Translations under genes and position numbers: made by a program | Part shown: one piece after another, positions 14,388 through 27,602 of the stretch | Layout of the letters: each line of letters opens with the position of its first letter | How positions within the stretch are numbered: position 1 is the stretch's first letter | Assembly: GCA_965178125.1 (NCBI GenBank) | Contig: OZ237762.1 | Location: 620,001-684,000 of the forward strand | DNA from: Bilabrum cf. latius | Taxonomy: Eukaryota | Direction: 5' to 3' | DNA length: 64,000 bases | The notes under the pieces: generated by a model | What the model saw: only the letters and a program-made list of their open reading frames with translations | What the model was told of the DNA's origin: nothing | Databases searched by the model: none

Positions 14388-15247
14388 TTGAGACCAGCGA
14401 AACGTTCTATTATATGACGAAGCGATATGTAATCATGGTGGAGCCAGACTGAATGAACTCTTCCTTCCTAAAATGGGTACAGTGGGGTGGATATGCCTAT
14501 AGTCAATTAATTCCTGCCAAAGAATCTTAAACTGCAATTGGAAATTAATCGATGAATGCAAGGTATGCATGCCTCTCCAGCCCTGGTCAAGCAACCAGTT
14601 TTGGCGGGGTGACCAGCTCCGGAAAACGAAGTTGCAGCTTTCAATCACAAAGGAGTGCCGCTGTCAGTGACGCAAGGAGCTCTACTAGGAACTGCTTTAG
14701 GCTTCAACTCAAAGTGATAGGTCACAAGCCTGATCAGAAAGTTGTGATTGTCCGGCCGTGAATGGCACTTCATCGACTCTCGAGCCGGGCCTTTTTGCAC
14801 GTACCCTTTGCCAAGTATGACATTGATCGACTCGAACTCTCCGATGTCGTCAGGAACACCTGCTGTTGCAGGACGAACAGTGGTTTGCGACAAAGGCCTT
14901 GTTGCTGGCTTATTTCCAGAACCCAGATGGATGCCGTGAGGATGCGACCCAGAGTATCCATAGAAAATGTACTCTCGAACCACGAGTCCGACTACTCGCG
15001 GTAGTCCGGATTCTACATGACCTCCCGCAATCGCAGCCATACTCGAATGATAGGGTCCAGGGAAATTGTGAAGTCTGAATCAGCCGAGTGGACAAAGCCG
15101 TGTTCCGGATTCTATATGCGCCGTGGCTGTAGAGCTCTGCATATCGACATGTTCGCATTGCGGGGGGTTGGGTATAAGTAGACGCTGACATTTTGAACAG
15201 TTTGCGGTGTCCCCCGTGGGGCCCGCCCCCGACAGTCTGGCCCTGCT

Positions 15248-15778
15248 TCGACGGCAGGGATGCCTCGACCGATGGGTCCTCAGGCTGGCTCTGGAGGTGC
15301 CGGTCCTGGTCCTGGCATGGGTGGAATGGGCACGGACACGGGCATGGGGAGGGGTAGTGGTGGTGGTGCCCCCATGATGGGGGGGTCATGGGCCAGGGGT
15401 AGGCATGCCGGCGGGGCATGCGATGGGTGGGCCGGCCATGGGCGGCATGAGCGGGGGAGGGCCGGGCTGGGGCGGGCGCATGGTTGCGATGGGCAGCGCG
15501 GGGTCTTCCGGGCAGGTGGAGATGGACTGATTGGGACCAAGGAAACTTTTTATTATATGACGAAGCGATATGTACTCATGGTGGAGCCAGACTGAATGAA
15601 TTCTTGCCTTCCAGGGTGTGTGCAGTGGGGTGGATATGCCTCTATGGTCAACGAATTCCCGCCAAAGAACCTTGAACTGCAATTGAAAAGTAATAAATGA
15701 ATACAAGGTATTCATGCCTCTCCAGCCCGGGTCAAGCTTCCAGTTTTTGCGGGGTGACCAGCTCCGGAAAACGAAGTT
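15248..15778 (+). pseudogene. Duplicated 3' end and 3' flank of the kinase gene (copy of ~14106-14633), frameshifted
   Basis: Near-identical sequence from TCGACGGCAGGGATG through GGAAAACGAAGTT. An indel in the G-run shifts the MMGGHGPG frame. Confidence 0.85.
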
Positions 15779-17521
15779 TCTCGAGATGCAGTACTACTAG
15801 TACTACTAGTAGTCTCGGTTCCACTGGCAGTTCAATCCTTGGGCCTCCAGCCTGCTGAGCATCACATCGGCTTCGCCGCCGCAGTGTCCGTGATTCCAGT
15901 GGGGGCTGCCCTGGCGGGAGGCCTCTCGAAGTGGTAGGTCACATCTCTCGTCTTAATGCTCCAGTGAGTGCTATTATGAGCATGAAACGACGAAACGAAT
16001 TCTCGAGCCTCTCCCTTCTGCACGTATCCTTTACCTAGGATGACGTTGATTGATTCTGCCTCACCAAGATCGTTTGGGATGCCAGCCGTAGCAGGGGAGA
16101 CTCTCGTCTGCTACAGCGGATCTGTGTCCGTGCGTCTCTCATTTCCCAGATGGATATAGTGCTGTCCTGGAGGTATGGATGCGCTGATATTAAACGCGAT
16201 GTACTCGCGAACAACCAGGATCACCACCCGTGGCAAGTCGGTCTCTGCGCCTCCTGCAACACCTGCCATTCTTTCTTGGATTTCTGAGTGATTGAATGTG
16301 CAAAGAGCCACGGTTGGAATTCTGCGTTACTCCATAATGCACTCAACAACCACTTGACTCGGAGCTGAAAACCAGTTCAAATTTTGGCTGTGTTTGCATT
16401 CAGAGCGGATTTTGGCGGACTTCAGTGCCGAGGAGCTAGCATAACTAATAGAGCTTTAGCTTGATGAGGCAATAGTGGTCCCTAGATCGCTCAAGGTCTT
16501 CCACTGCATCGGAATTTTGAGTCTGCTCGTGATGGGCATCCACGACTCAGATATGTTGGCTGGTTTGAGGACTCGTCTAGTTGATATCGACCCTAACGGA
16601 AGGCTGACCTATATTTATGATTAGTTCAGGGCGAAAAGCACGTTCAAACGTCATTCAGGACACCGGGGTGGTGGGTCCCGGCAGTAGGGGGTGATGGAGG
16701 AGTTGCAGGAACAGATGAGGAGGCGCTTCACAAGTACATGGGACTGAAGGGGCTTGCCATGCAGGCAGTTGATGAAGAAGAGATCAAGATGGTGCATGAT
16801 TTTTGTGACAAGATGGACAAGGAGGGGGCTGCTCGAGCGGCCGGGGCTGAGGCGGAGCAGGGCAGGAGGGCGGAGAGGGCGGGGCTGTTGGGGGTGATGG
16901 AGACTAGGGAATGGAAGCTGCTCGAGGTGGTACCGCTGGGGTTGCCTCCAAGCCAAATATAGTGCAGCAGGAGTATGAGGCTATGGTCGCCCAGGGCACA
17001 CTGCCCAGTGAGCTTGCGGCAGGGGACGAGTTCTTCGCCAAAGAGGAGGAGCCGGTCAAGAGTGCCATCAAGCGTCTGCGGGAGGTGGTCAAGAAGCGCG
17101 AGGCAAGCAAGAAGAGCAAGAACAGGAGCGGTGGCGCGGTATCGCATGGTGCTGCACTGGGGGGGTGCTGGTGTGGCGGGGGTGCGCTGGTGTGGCGTGG
17201 GCCGTGGTCGCAGCAGCTGTAGACCCCGCCCCCACCAACAGGCAGCTGATGAGGCAGCGGTAGGAGCAGTAGGGCCCGAGTGCATGCGGCATGATACCAT
17301 AGTACTGCTTCGGGGGCAACTTGCGCAAGCTGCAGAGGCTATTCGCGGCTTGCAAGAGAAGGGGCGGAGAGCCGTGGAAGCCTACCAGAGACTGGGGCGA
17401 GAAGCACGCGACCTGGAACTCGCAAAATAGGAACTAGCCAGAATCGACCCGAAAACGTGCTAAGTTCAGCATCCCGTATCTCAGCATCAAATGTATGAGC
17501 AACCGAAACCAGAGAACATGA

Positions 17522-17753
<232 letters not shown>

Positions 17754-19515
17754 TACACGGACCCGTGACGAATCACCTTGACCCATATTGAAGCAACTTG
17801 AATTTCTGCTGGTGCCACGGTGAAGTCTCTACTACCCCGGGAATGGATTCTGCCACTCTCCAGAGATGCTCTATTGAGCCCCTAAGACATCAAGAGGTAC
17901 TGATCTTCGATACATTCAGGTCAAGCTGTTTAACACTACTAGTAGCCCTAGATTGCAGGTACCGGTACCATACACCGGCTTTCACCATGCCCTCGCAGAT
18001 AGACGTAGCTGCAGCTTTCGATATCAAAAGAGAAAACACAGGTTCTACACGTGTACAAGGTAGGTATTGTAAGGAATGTAGCAGCTTAAATCACAGTTCA
18101 CCCCAAAATTACTGCGGCTTCGAGCTGACTGTATCACCAACGCCGGTCGGTGCTGCCCGTAGCGCGGGACGAACGGGTTGCTCGAACGAGTAGATGGTAA
18201 CCCGTGTTGTGAAACACTAGTTGTCAGGCCGTACAACCGTCTGCATGGATTCTCGTGGTTCGCCACGCTGCACGTACCCTTTCCCGAGAATGAGGTTGAT
18301 GGATTCGAACTCGCCAATGTGATCTGGAACCCCAACAGTAACAGGACGAACCATTGACTGCGATAAGGGCACGTTCGTGCCGGCTCCACTGGAACCTAGG
18401 TGCACTCCGTGCGGTGCTAGTCTCAAATCGCTCCCGAAGAGTATATAGTCTCGAACAACGAGACCACAGATGGGGGGAAGTCCTGACTCTCCAGATCCAG
18501 CGGTACCAGCCATTATTAGCTCTTTACTGGCTTATTTTGTTAGATTTTAGAATGAATAGATCGAGTGGTGGGCTCACGATAGCTCGACTCGGAGTCGACT
18601 GATGAATGGGCAGCCTGATGAGGTCTGCCATGCCACTGGCACGACTAGCTGTGAAACTGGAATGTGACCACGGCAATACAAATACACCTACAGAATATCA
18701 GTTCTATCATGCTATAATTGCCGCGCCGTCGGCTCAATTCTGCAATCTCAGCTCGATGGCATTTACCATCGTTGGAGACTGGGCAAAGCCAGTTGGCCGT
18801 CTACCCCAATCCAGTGCGCTGCATTCTCCATGCTTGGCCACCATGCCCATGCCGCCACTTCATCTCCAGACAAATAAAATCCTTCCATACTGAGCTCCGC
18901 ATCGAGCCCGCTTTCTATCTTTGGATCTCCACTGCCAGCATCACATCGGCTTCGCCGCCGCCGTGTCCGTGATTCCAGTGGGGGCTGCCCTGGCGGGAGG
19001 CCTCTCGAAGTGGTAGGTGACAACCCTCGTCTGCACGCTCCAGTGATTTGAATGGGTTGCATGGAATGAAGACACAGATTCTCTTGCCTCTCCCTTCTGC
19101 ATGTACCCTTTACCTAGGATGGCGTTGATGGATTCTGCCTCCCCTAGATCGTTTGGGATGCCAGCCGTAGCAGGGGAGACTCTAGTCTGCTACAGTGGAT
19201 CTGTATCCGTGCGTCCCTCCGTTCCCAGATGGATATAGTGCTGTCCTGGTGGTATGGATGTTTTGATATTAAACGCGATGTACTCGCGAACAATCAGGAT
19301 CACCACCCGTGGCAAGTCGGTCTCTGCGCCTCCTGCAACACCCGCCATTCTTTCTTGGATTTATGTGTGAATGTGAATTAGTGGTGCTGGCATAGGTCGG
19401 GTGGCCAAAGCCGGGGGAAAGACATCCATGTGACGAGTTGGCATCAGCTGCACTGCACGGTGCGACCACTTAGCCACCGAGCCGAGATTCAAAAGCTCAA
19501 CCTCCACTCTCGACC

Positions 19516-22500
19516 ATGGCAGAATCCCAATGGCCAGATTGGGAACGGTTATGCTCCAAATATCAGGCAAGAGGCCTGTACGAGCTATCTATTGTACATT
19601 TGTCGCCGGCAGCGGACCTAGCGCTCGAAGTATCGAGGTCGAAGTCCGCCATTGCAATCGTGAGCTAATGAGTCGTAGTCGTTGCAAGTGAATCAACATA
19701 AAAACTAGTATGTATCGGAGTTGCTGGCATTTTAAAGGACCGCAGTCAAGCACGTCATGGATGCACGCAGCAGGCGCAGCCTCGAAGCCGCACTTGCTGA
19801 CAAGCACCCGAGGCAGAGAGCACATCGATGCCGCTTGCTTCAGCCCAGACGGCAGAACTATACTAACATCAGACGGAGCGATGACACTCGGCGCGGTAGA
19901 TGTTGCCCGAAACGATCCAGGGCACGCTCACGTGTTTGCCGGGAGCATCCCTGGCGCGTCGATCGGACCGTCGGACAGAAGCAGCGCGGTGGCGTGGGTC
20001 CAGCTGGAAGCATACGCAAGCAATCGCATTGCATCGGGCACGGAATCAGCCCTATCCGCAGTTTCGTCTGTCCTGCCCGCCCCGATGCCCCTGCCTACAA
20101 AGACCCAGGCTCTGCTCGGCGCCATGCTCCGCCGCTCGCAGCAGGCCGCACTCGCACTCGTCAGCCCGCGGTCCATCGTGCCGCCCCCGCATGCAGTGGC
20201 AGAGCTGGAGGAGGAGCCCAGGCCACTGCAGGACGAAGCCACGCTCGCGCCCCACGTCGCGACTGAGAGGGCTAGCACCGGCTCAGACGCGGCCGCGCTT
20301 GCCATCGGGACAGGGCGAGCCGCCCTGCCGCTCCTGGGAGAACCCGGAATCAACAAACAGAAAGGACTCGGAGTTGATTTTATGGAAGTGGGATCTGGCT
20401 TCGGATCCGGCGGGCTCCTCTTGCCTGTGAGCAGACAGCAGGGTGGTAGAGCTGGTGCTGCTGCCGGTTCGGGGCACCAGCTCACCGGCGCCGCGCACTG
20501 GAGGCAGGTTGACGGAACTTAGGGCACCTTTGACACGGCGGGGTATTCTAGCGGCGCACCGCACTCCGCCCCAGCCGCCTCAATGTACAAAGCTGCCTCC
20601 GTGGCGCAGTCCGCGGCACGTGGCCCTGGCCTGCTGTCCGCCTCCAGAAGCACCAGCGTGCACGGGCCGGTGACCGCCGTGCTGAGGCCAGGGGCCGTCA
20701 GCTGGGAGTGGGGCCGTCGAATGGCGCAGCAGGTGGTCGCAAATGTGTCCGTTGGGGGCCGCGTGACCTTGTTTCTCGGGTGCATGCCGGTGCTTGACCT
20801 GCCCACGTTGCCCGGCCTGACCTCTGTGGGATTCTCGGGACCGGTAGGATCCTCGGACACAAACGAAGGTGGATCGCACGGCGGTGGCGGGGCATCCTCG
20901 AAATCAAGCACCATATTGCTGCGTGGCGGCGCAGCTGGATCGGGTGGTGCATCGCACGGTGGTGCCAGGGTGTACCAGTCACCGCCAATCCTGCCTCGGG
21001 CCAAACCGTCCAAGTCTGGCGCTGGGGACTCGGAATCAGAATCAGAGGACGAGGACAGCAGCGATAGCGACCCGGACGACGAGGATGTCCCCTACCTTGT
21101 GGCTCCGCAGATCAAGAAAGCGGCTTTCCGGCGGGTACCTATGCCCACGGAGCTGCGGTCGGCCAGCGGCGTGAGTGTGGATCCCGGGCTGGGATCCGTC
21201 GCGCTCGTCACACCAGTAGTATCGGGCGAATCCAGCGAAGGTTCCTCGGGCTAGAGCATGATCCCTACGAGCGTCCGGTCCGGCGTTGTTCTCTCGCTCG
21301 TCGGCACTCCTGCCTTGCAGCGGGGCGGAGATCCCATGGGTAGGCTGCTCGGTTTGTGTCTGCAGGCAGGCCAGCTGAGCAGCGCGCTGCTCACGAGTGT
21401 GGAGGTGCTGCGGCAGCAGACGTACGCGGTGCGTAGACAGGCCAGCTCGATCGTGGGTGACCTCGGCCGCGAGCTGGCAGTGTCTTCGCCCGATCTAGAG
21501 GCCAAAGAGGGGGAGCGGTGGGCGGCCTCTGCACTGCTCGCGCTGCTGCTGGGCGGAAGCGAAGGGGCCACCACCGTCCTTGCCGCCAGGCGAGGCGCCC
21601 GGATCGTTGATCCTTCTTCATCTTCAGATTTTGCCGGGGAACAGGACGGAGAGGGGTGCGGAGACGGGCTGCCAAGCGGGCAGGAGAGGAAGAGCAGGGC
21701 GGAGCGGGTGCTGCGCCGCGTGAGTGCATCGTTGTACAGTGCTGTGTGTGGGCCGACATCGGCGGCAGGGGCGGGTGCTGGTGCTGGTGCTGGTGCTGGT
21801 GCTGGTGCTGGTGCTGGCGCTGGTGCTGAAGCTGGTGCTGGTGCTGAAGCTGGTGCTGGCGCTGGTGCTGGTGCTGGTGCTGGTGCTGGTGCTGGTGCTG
21901 GTGCTGGTGCTGGTGCTGGTGCTGGTGCTGGTGCTGGTGCTGGTGCTGGTGCTGGTGCTGGTGCTGGTGCTGGTGCTGGTGCTGGTGCTGGAGCTGGTGC
22001 TGGTGCTGGTGCTGGTGCTGGTGCTGGTGCTGGTGCTGGTGCTGGTGCTGGTTCTGGTGCTGGTGCTGGTGCTGGTGCTGGTGCTGGAGCTGGTGCTGGT
22101 GCTGGTGCTGGTGCTGGTGCTGGTGCTGGTGCTGGTGCTGGTGCTGGAGCTGGTGCTGGTGCTGGAGCTGGTGCTGGTGCTGGTGCTGGTGCTGGTGCTG
22201 GTGCTGGTGCTGGAGCTGGGCAGCAGGCCATGGAGGACGGCTCTGAGCCTGCCTCGCCGGCGCAGGCTGGGACCATCGGGAATGAAGCCTCGCCAGCCCC
22301 ATTCAGCCTCGCCAGCAGCGACATCACGGATCTAGCGGCGGATGCCATGCCGGAATTGCGTTTTTCCGAAGCCGCGGACCGGTGGTTGGAGAATTCTGTG
22401 CCCGCTGCGTGGTTGCAACGCGGCAGGCGGCTGATCGCAGGGGCCGTCGCAGCGGTGGAATCCACCGTGCTGGGCACATCCATGCGATCAATCGAGGCTA

Positions 22501-25214
22501 TGCAGCTTGTTTACGGAGAGATGGAGGCGGTTTTGGCAGCTTCACCCGACTAGCGTGGGGGTGGTTACGCCATGGGATGGACGGCAAAAGGGGCCAGGCA
22601 AGCTCAGGCACTCGCGGCAGTTGCGAAGCGGCGGCTGGTCGAGTACCGCAGGTGCGTGATGGAGGGCATGCTATGCTACGACGCACTATTCGAGGTGCTG
22701 CTGGACATGCAGGAGGGGGCAGCAAGCGAGGAAGGGATCTAGTCGAAGCAGAGGCAGGAGGAAGCCTCCCTGTAGCCCAGGGAGGTTGCAGCGGCGAGGC
22801 GGGCCCGGCGCTGGCAGCGGCTTCTCACTGCCAGGAGGCTGCAGCCTGAGGCGTACAGGCGCTGCGTGTGGTTCCTACAGCTGAGAGAAGCAGCAGACGT
22901 GGCGTTTGCTGCTGTATCCAAGCACAAGGACATCATCGAGTCGGCGTATGTCGCGGGCGATGGGGCTGCTGATAGCGAAGGCGGCGGTACTGGTGCGGCC
23001 GCTGGGTCCGTCTCCCCCTCATCGTCCACAGGCCCGTGGAGCAGGATGGATCCTCTGCTGCCGTTCTCGACGGCCTCTCCGAATGCAGCCGCGGGGGGAT
23101 CCCCCAAGGAAGCTCAGAAGACTGCAGACCGGAGCGATGACGAAAAGGCGCCATCGAGCCGCCCCGGCGTCTTTGCAACAGCCGTGCCTGCCTTTGATGA
23201 CAGGCAACAGGGCCAACACAGCGTCGGACTAACAAGAGAAACCCAGCACGCAGCCGATGTAAAGTGGGCGGCATCGGCACTAGAGGCTGGAGCCACTGGG
23301 CTGGCTCTATCGAGTGCTGCAGATGGTGCAAGCCATGCCATGCAGGACAGCGTGTCGCTCAAAGTCGACAACGTGTAGTGGGCGCAGGGCGCTGTGGCTG
23401 CCCAAGTCATTGGAATCGCGGGGCAGGCCATAGGTGCATCCCATCGGGAATCAAACCTGCGAAGATGCAGCGAGGGTAAGGACCTGCTGGATCCCGCCAT
23501 GGCGCCACCCTGTCTGCTAGCACCGGCACTGCACGGGTATAGTTCAGCTGCCGGTGGCAATGGCAGCGGGCTCGGAGCGGACTGTCGTGACCGAGTAAGC
23601 ACAGGTGGGGGCGGCGGCACCGAGGCGCCCAGCTCGCACGAACGGGGCAACTTGCACGGCTGCTGCGTGCGCCTGCTTCGGCTGTCCTCTGCGATGCAGC
23701 TGGGCCTCGTCAAGCACTGCCAGGGCGAGCCGGGGGCCGCACTCGTCACGTCCCAGGTGGAAATCGCCCGATCGGCACCTGACCTGAGGGCCACTCCGGA
23801 TGGCACTGCACTGCCGCGCAGGTCCCAGCCATCCGCTGCGACTGGCACGTGCCTCGACCCGGGGCTGGCCGCCGTCTTGCACGCTCCCATCTAGGGCCGG
23901 ACTGCCTCCGATGTGTTGGGTGAGTCGCGGGCCGGGGCCTGCCACGTATCTGCCATCGCGGTGGCCCCGCCAGGAGCAGAGAGTGGGGATAGTCCGACGA
24001 ATCCGCTGGAATTCAGTGCGCGGGCTGTCCTCGTGGTCATCACGCCGGGGCAGCCCATGGGCGACGTTGGCTGCGGAACCAACCCAGGTGCATTGCGCGG
24101 CGCCCCCGCGCTGGCAGCACGGATCGACGCGCCGGAGGGCTACGAGGTGCTCGCCGTGAAGACCTGGTGCAGCCCACTGCAGCGCGACGCGGCGGACCCA
24201 TCGGTGGCGTGCACGAGGGCTGGCAGTCTGGCGGCAGGTGCCAGTACCAGGGCAGCACTGGCTCAGGTGAGGCTAGTACGAGGGCGAGAGCCGATGCGCT
24301 GCAGTGCAGTGCTTGGCTGCGATGGGTCGGAGGAAATGAACCGGTCAATCCACCCTTCGGTGGGGCGCAGCTTCGTGGTGCGGGGGGCCCGGGTGCGAGG
24401 CCCTGAGGCGGCGGAGTGGTTCGGTGCATTGCACGGCGGTGCAACCAAGGCAGGTGCAGCTGGCGGTGGTGCTGACGGTGAGGAGGAGAGCAAAGTAGAG
24501 GTGGACCCTAGCCTGCAGGAATCAAAAGGGGGTGAAGAGGAAGAGGACGAGGAAGAGGACAAGGGCGAGGACGAGGGCGGGGATGGCGATCGAGGGGTTG
24601 TGGGTGGTGATGGCAGTGGCAGCGAAGAGGAGGAAGAGGTGGACTTGCAAGAGACAGTGGGAGAGGATGGCCTGGTCATTCTACTGCGGAAAAAATCGGA
24701 GGGCGTCTTCGTCCTTTGTAAGGTGCACTTTCTGCGCCTACCGCTTAGGATGGTGCACCTGGGCTTGAGCGGTGGGGCTGGCACAGGCCCCGCCGCGATC
24801 CCTGTCCTCGACCCGTGGGCCGGATCGGATCAAGAAGGATCGGATCAAGAAGAATCGGTTGCAACCGGTCGCAGGGCATGCGGCCTGCTCCCTGCCGTGA
24901 CGATTGGCGGCACGTCGGCGGCTCAGCTGATGCGCCTCGAGGGCCTCAATAGCCGGCTTGGCACGCAGAACGTTCGTTGGAGTTCGCTGGAGACGCAGCC
25001 GGCCCGTGGTACATGCGTGTGCCGCGTGGTTGCGGATGGAGGAGGGGAGCACATCGAGGTGCTGGACCTGTCGACGGTGGACGCGGAGGATTCTGATGAC
25101 GAGGAGGAGGAAGAAGAGGAGGAGGAGGAGGAGGATGAAGCGGATGAGAGCAATGCAAGCGGGGCTGGCAGCGGTTAGGATGAAAGCAGTGCGATGATGG
25201 ACGAAGAGGGATGA
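19516..25214 (+). CDS. Anaphase-promoting complex subunit 4-like protein with low-complexity insertions
   Basis: ORFs 19710-20522, 20583-21254, 21258-22553, 22866-23378, 23394-23894 and 23913-25178 are in one frame, joined by TAG, and end at TGA 25212-25214. APC4-like segments: SPAADLAL, CFSPDGRTIL, GGRVTLFLGCMPV, RWLENSVPAAWLQR. The 5' exon structure is unresolved. Confidence 0.55.
21773..22219 (+). repeat. (GGTGCT)n hexamer microsatellite encoding a poly(Gly-Ala) tract
   Basis: About 450 bp of GGTGCT with few variants, in frame within the APC4-like CDS. Confidence 0.97.
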
Positions 25215-25311
25215 TGGCAGACTGGGCTCCGTCGAGGGCTGCTTCTGGGCAACGAACTTTATCGAACCTTCGACAGGTCCACGTCAACACTCGGCGCACT
25301 TGGTTGGTAAA

Positions 25312-27423
25312 ATGTCGAAGTCCAAAGTATAGCTTCACGTGTATGACCTTAGCAATGGCATGGCTAAGCAGCTGAGCCCCATGTTCTTAGGGCAGCAGAT
25401 TGACTATGTCCCTCATTCGTGAGAAATTTACGTAATTTACATGTGCTACGTCGGCCACGTGGAACAGCGCTATTGTATGGTTTATTTGCTAGTATCCAGC
25501 ACCACCGGTGTCACCAATGGTTCCAAGAATAGATACAGACGTACTTGGTAGCCACTCATGCGGCGCGGTGATCTTTTCATGCCCAACCATGTACTTCGTT
25601 CTTGCTGCATTGCATGTCGCTGGCCCCGTGTGTTGCTTGGTTTATCATCGCAGTGGCATCGTCGTATATGGAATTGAGTATTTTTACGGTGGTGGAGTGC
25701 AGGCAAGCAAGCCAGATGATGTAGCGCGGGCGTACGGGATGCGGCCGGCAGAGGTGCTCGACCTCGGTGAAACCGAGATCGACATTGGCACATTCGAAGA
25801 CTTTTTGGCCGAAATTAAGGGCAAATACACAGCTGCGACGTATAATCTTATGGTGAGAGGCCGGTTTGCAAATGGTCGAGCCGTCCACATCCGCGCACTT
25901 CAGTAGACAACGTCCTGCAACTCAGCCAGCTTGCCCCGCCATCGCAGCGAAACAACTGCAACCACTTCGCTGACGAGTGCGCTAGATTCCTACTGGGCAA
26001 TGGGATCCCCGACAAGATCGTAAAACTGCCCGAAATTGTGCTCAGCTCCCCGCTTGGCGGTCAGCTGAGGCCACTGCTGGAGCAGATGGACGGGCAGATG
26101 AACAGCGTCCACGGAAACATCAACCCTTTCGAAATGCGAAGGGGTGGTCCCACGGGCGCGGGTGCAGGTGCGGGCACACCAGCGAGCAGCAGCAGCAGCA
26201 CCGGAGCACCTGCTCCCGGCGGGGCTGCATCAGCGGTTGCAACCAGCGTGCTGCCCAGCAAAGTGCTTGAGGGGCCGGGCCTGCCCGTGGTAAGGGCCAA
26301 AATCGCCGACGCCGCGCCCTTCCTGAAGGCGATCCGGAGTCACAATTCCAAGCACAGCGCCGCGTCGGCTGCTGCAGGCGACTCGGAAGACTCTAAGCCG
26401 GCCGCGGCAGGTGCCGGAATCACTGCCGGAGCGGGGAGTGGAAGTGCCAGCGGTCCCAGTAAGGGGCCCAGGATGCTCTCGGAGGAAGAGATAAAGAACG
26501 TGGAGATTGTCGCAGCGAACCTGCAGCGAAGGTTTGCCAAGGACGGGTCCGGCGCCGTCGGTGGTTCTGATTCCGAGTCGCCCGACTGGCGCTCCTTCCA
26601 CGAGTGCATGGGGTCGTGCCTCCTGACGTGGCCAGCGGGGGCGCACACCGCCTGGTTGTTCCTCCTGAGGTCCAGTTTGGCCACCCCTGAAGGCATGATG
26701 TTCTTCAGTGCGCACGCGGCCAAATCGGCAAGCGGAAAGCTGGCGCCTCCGTCTGCCGCCGCCGAAGCCGCCATGGAAGGCGGTGCTGCGCCCATGTCGG
26801 ATGACGACGGTAGAGCTGAAGATGAAGATGATCACGGCGCGGTGCTGGTGACGGTTGCGACCAACTGCGCGGAGGGCAAGTACGGCGCGCTGGCTCTCCA
26901 GTCTGCCCTGGGCGCATTTGCCAACCATATGTCGCACCCTCCCGCCGTAGTGGCCGCGCTGGCCTCTGGCGCCATCGAGCCGGCCACCCAGGCGGCGCTG
27001 GCGGTGCTGACCCAGGGATCACAAGGCGGGGTCAGCGACGAATCGGCCCTCGCGGCGCTGAAAAAGGCGGGCGAGAAGCCCGGTGTTCGTGCGGAAGCGG
27101 CCGCGTTCCTGCGGAACCTCGTGCTCTTCATGCCAGTGCAGGACCCCGGGGCGGGAGAGGGGGAGCTGGTAGACGCTGCGGTGGAGCTGCTCTTCGGTCT
27201 CCTTGGCGGGATCGAGACGGAGAAGGTGGTGGGGGTGCTGCGGCCTCGGCTGGAGGCCGCTGGCAGGCTGCTCGCCCGCACGGGTGAGACGGGGCAGGTG
27301 CTCGCCGAGGAGCTCGGCCTCGGGATGGGCCCAGAGACGATCGCGTCCGACGCGGCGCGGCCCGATGATCTCCGCGCGTTGGCCGGGGAGGTTGCTAGGC
27401 TGTTCCCCGCCGATGTTGATTGA
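25312..27423 (+). CDS. DeSI/PPPDE peptidase with a C-terminal helical (PUL/ARM-like) region, 3 exons
   Basis: MSKSKV(TAG)LHVYDLSNGMAKQLS...H|SGIVVYGIEYFYGGG...YNLM|RNNCNHFADE, with two GT-AG introns. Confidence 0.9.
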
Positions 27424-27602
27424 GGCCCCTCCTTAGTTTCATGCCTGTGTAGTCTGTTGGTCCTGTCGCGTCGTGCGCGTGGAACTGGCGCCTCGCCGAT
27501 GCTCGTCATGCGCCGTAACGGGACCCCTTTGACACCATTCTGAGTAGCAGTATGGTGAAACATGACCGTGACAATATAACATGTAGCAACACTCGAATAC
27601 CA

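Noticed and set aside
21251-22483. Poly(PA), poly(QH) and poly(VL) ORFs
   Set aside because: They are alternative frames of the GGTGCT microsatellite.
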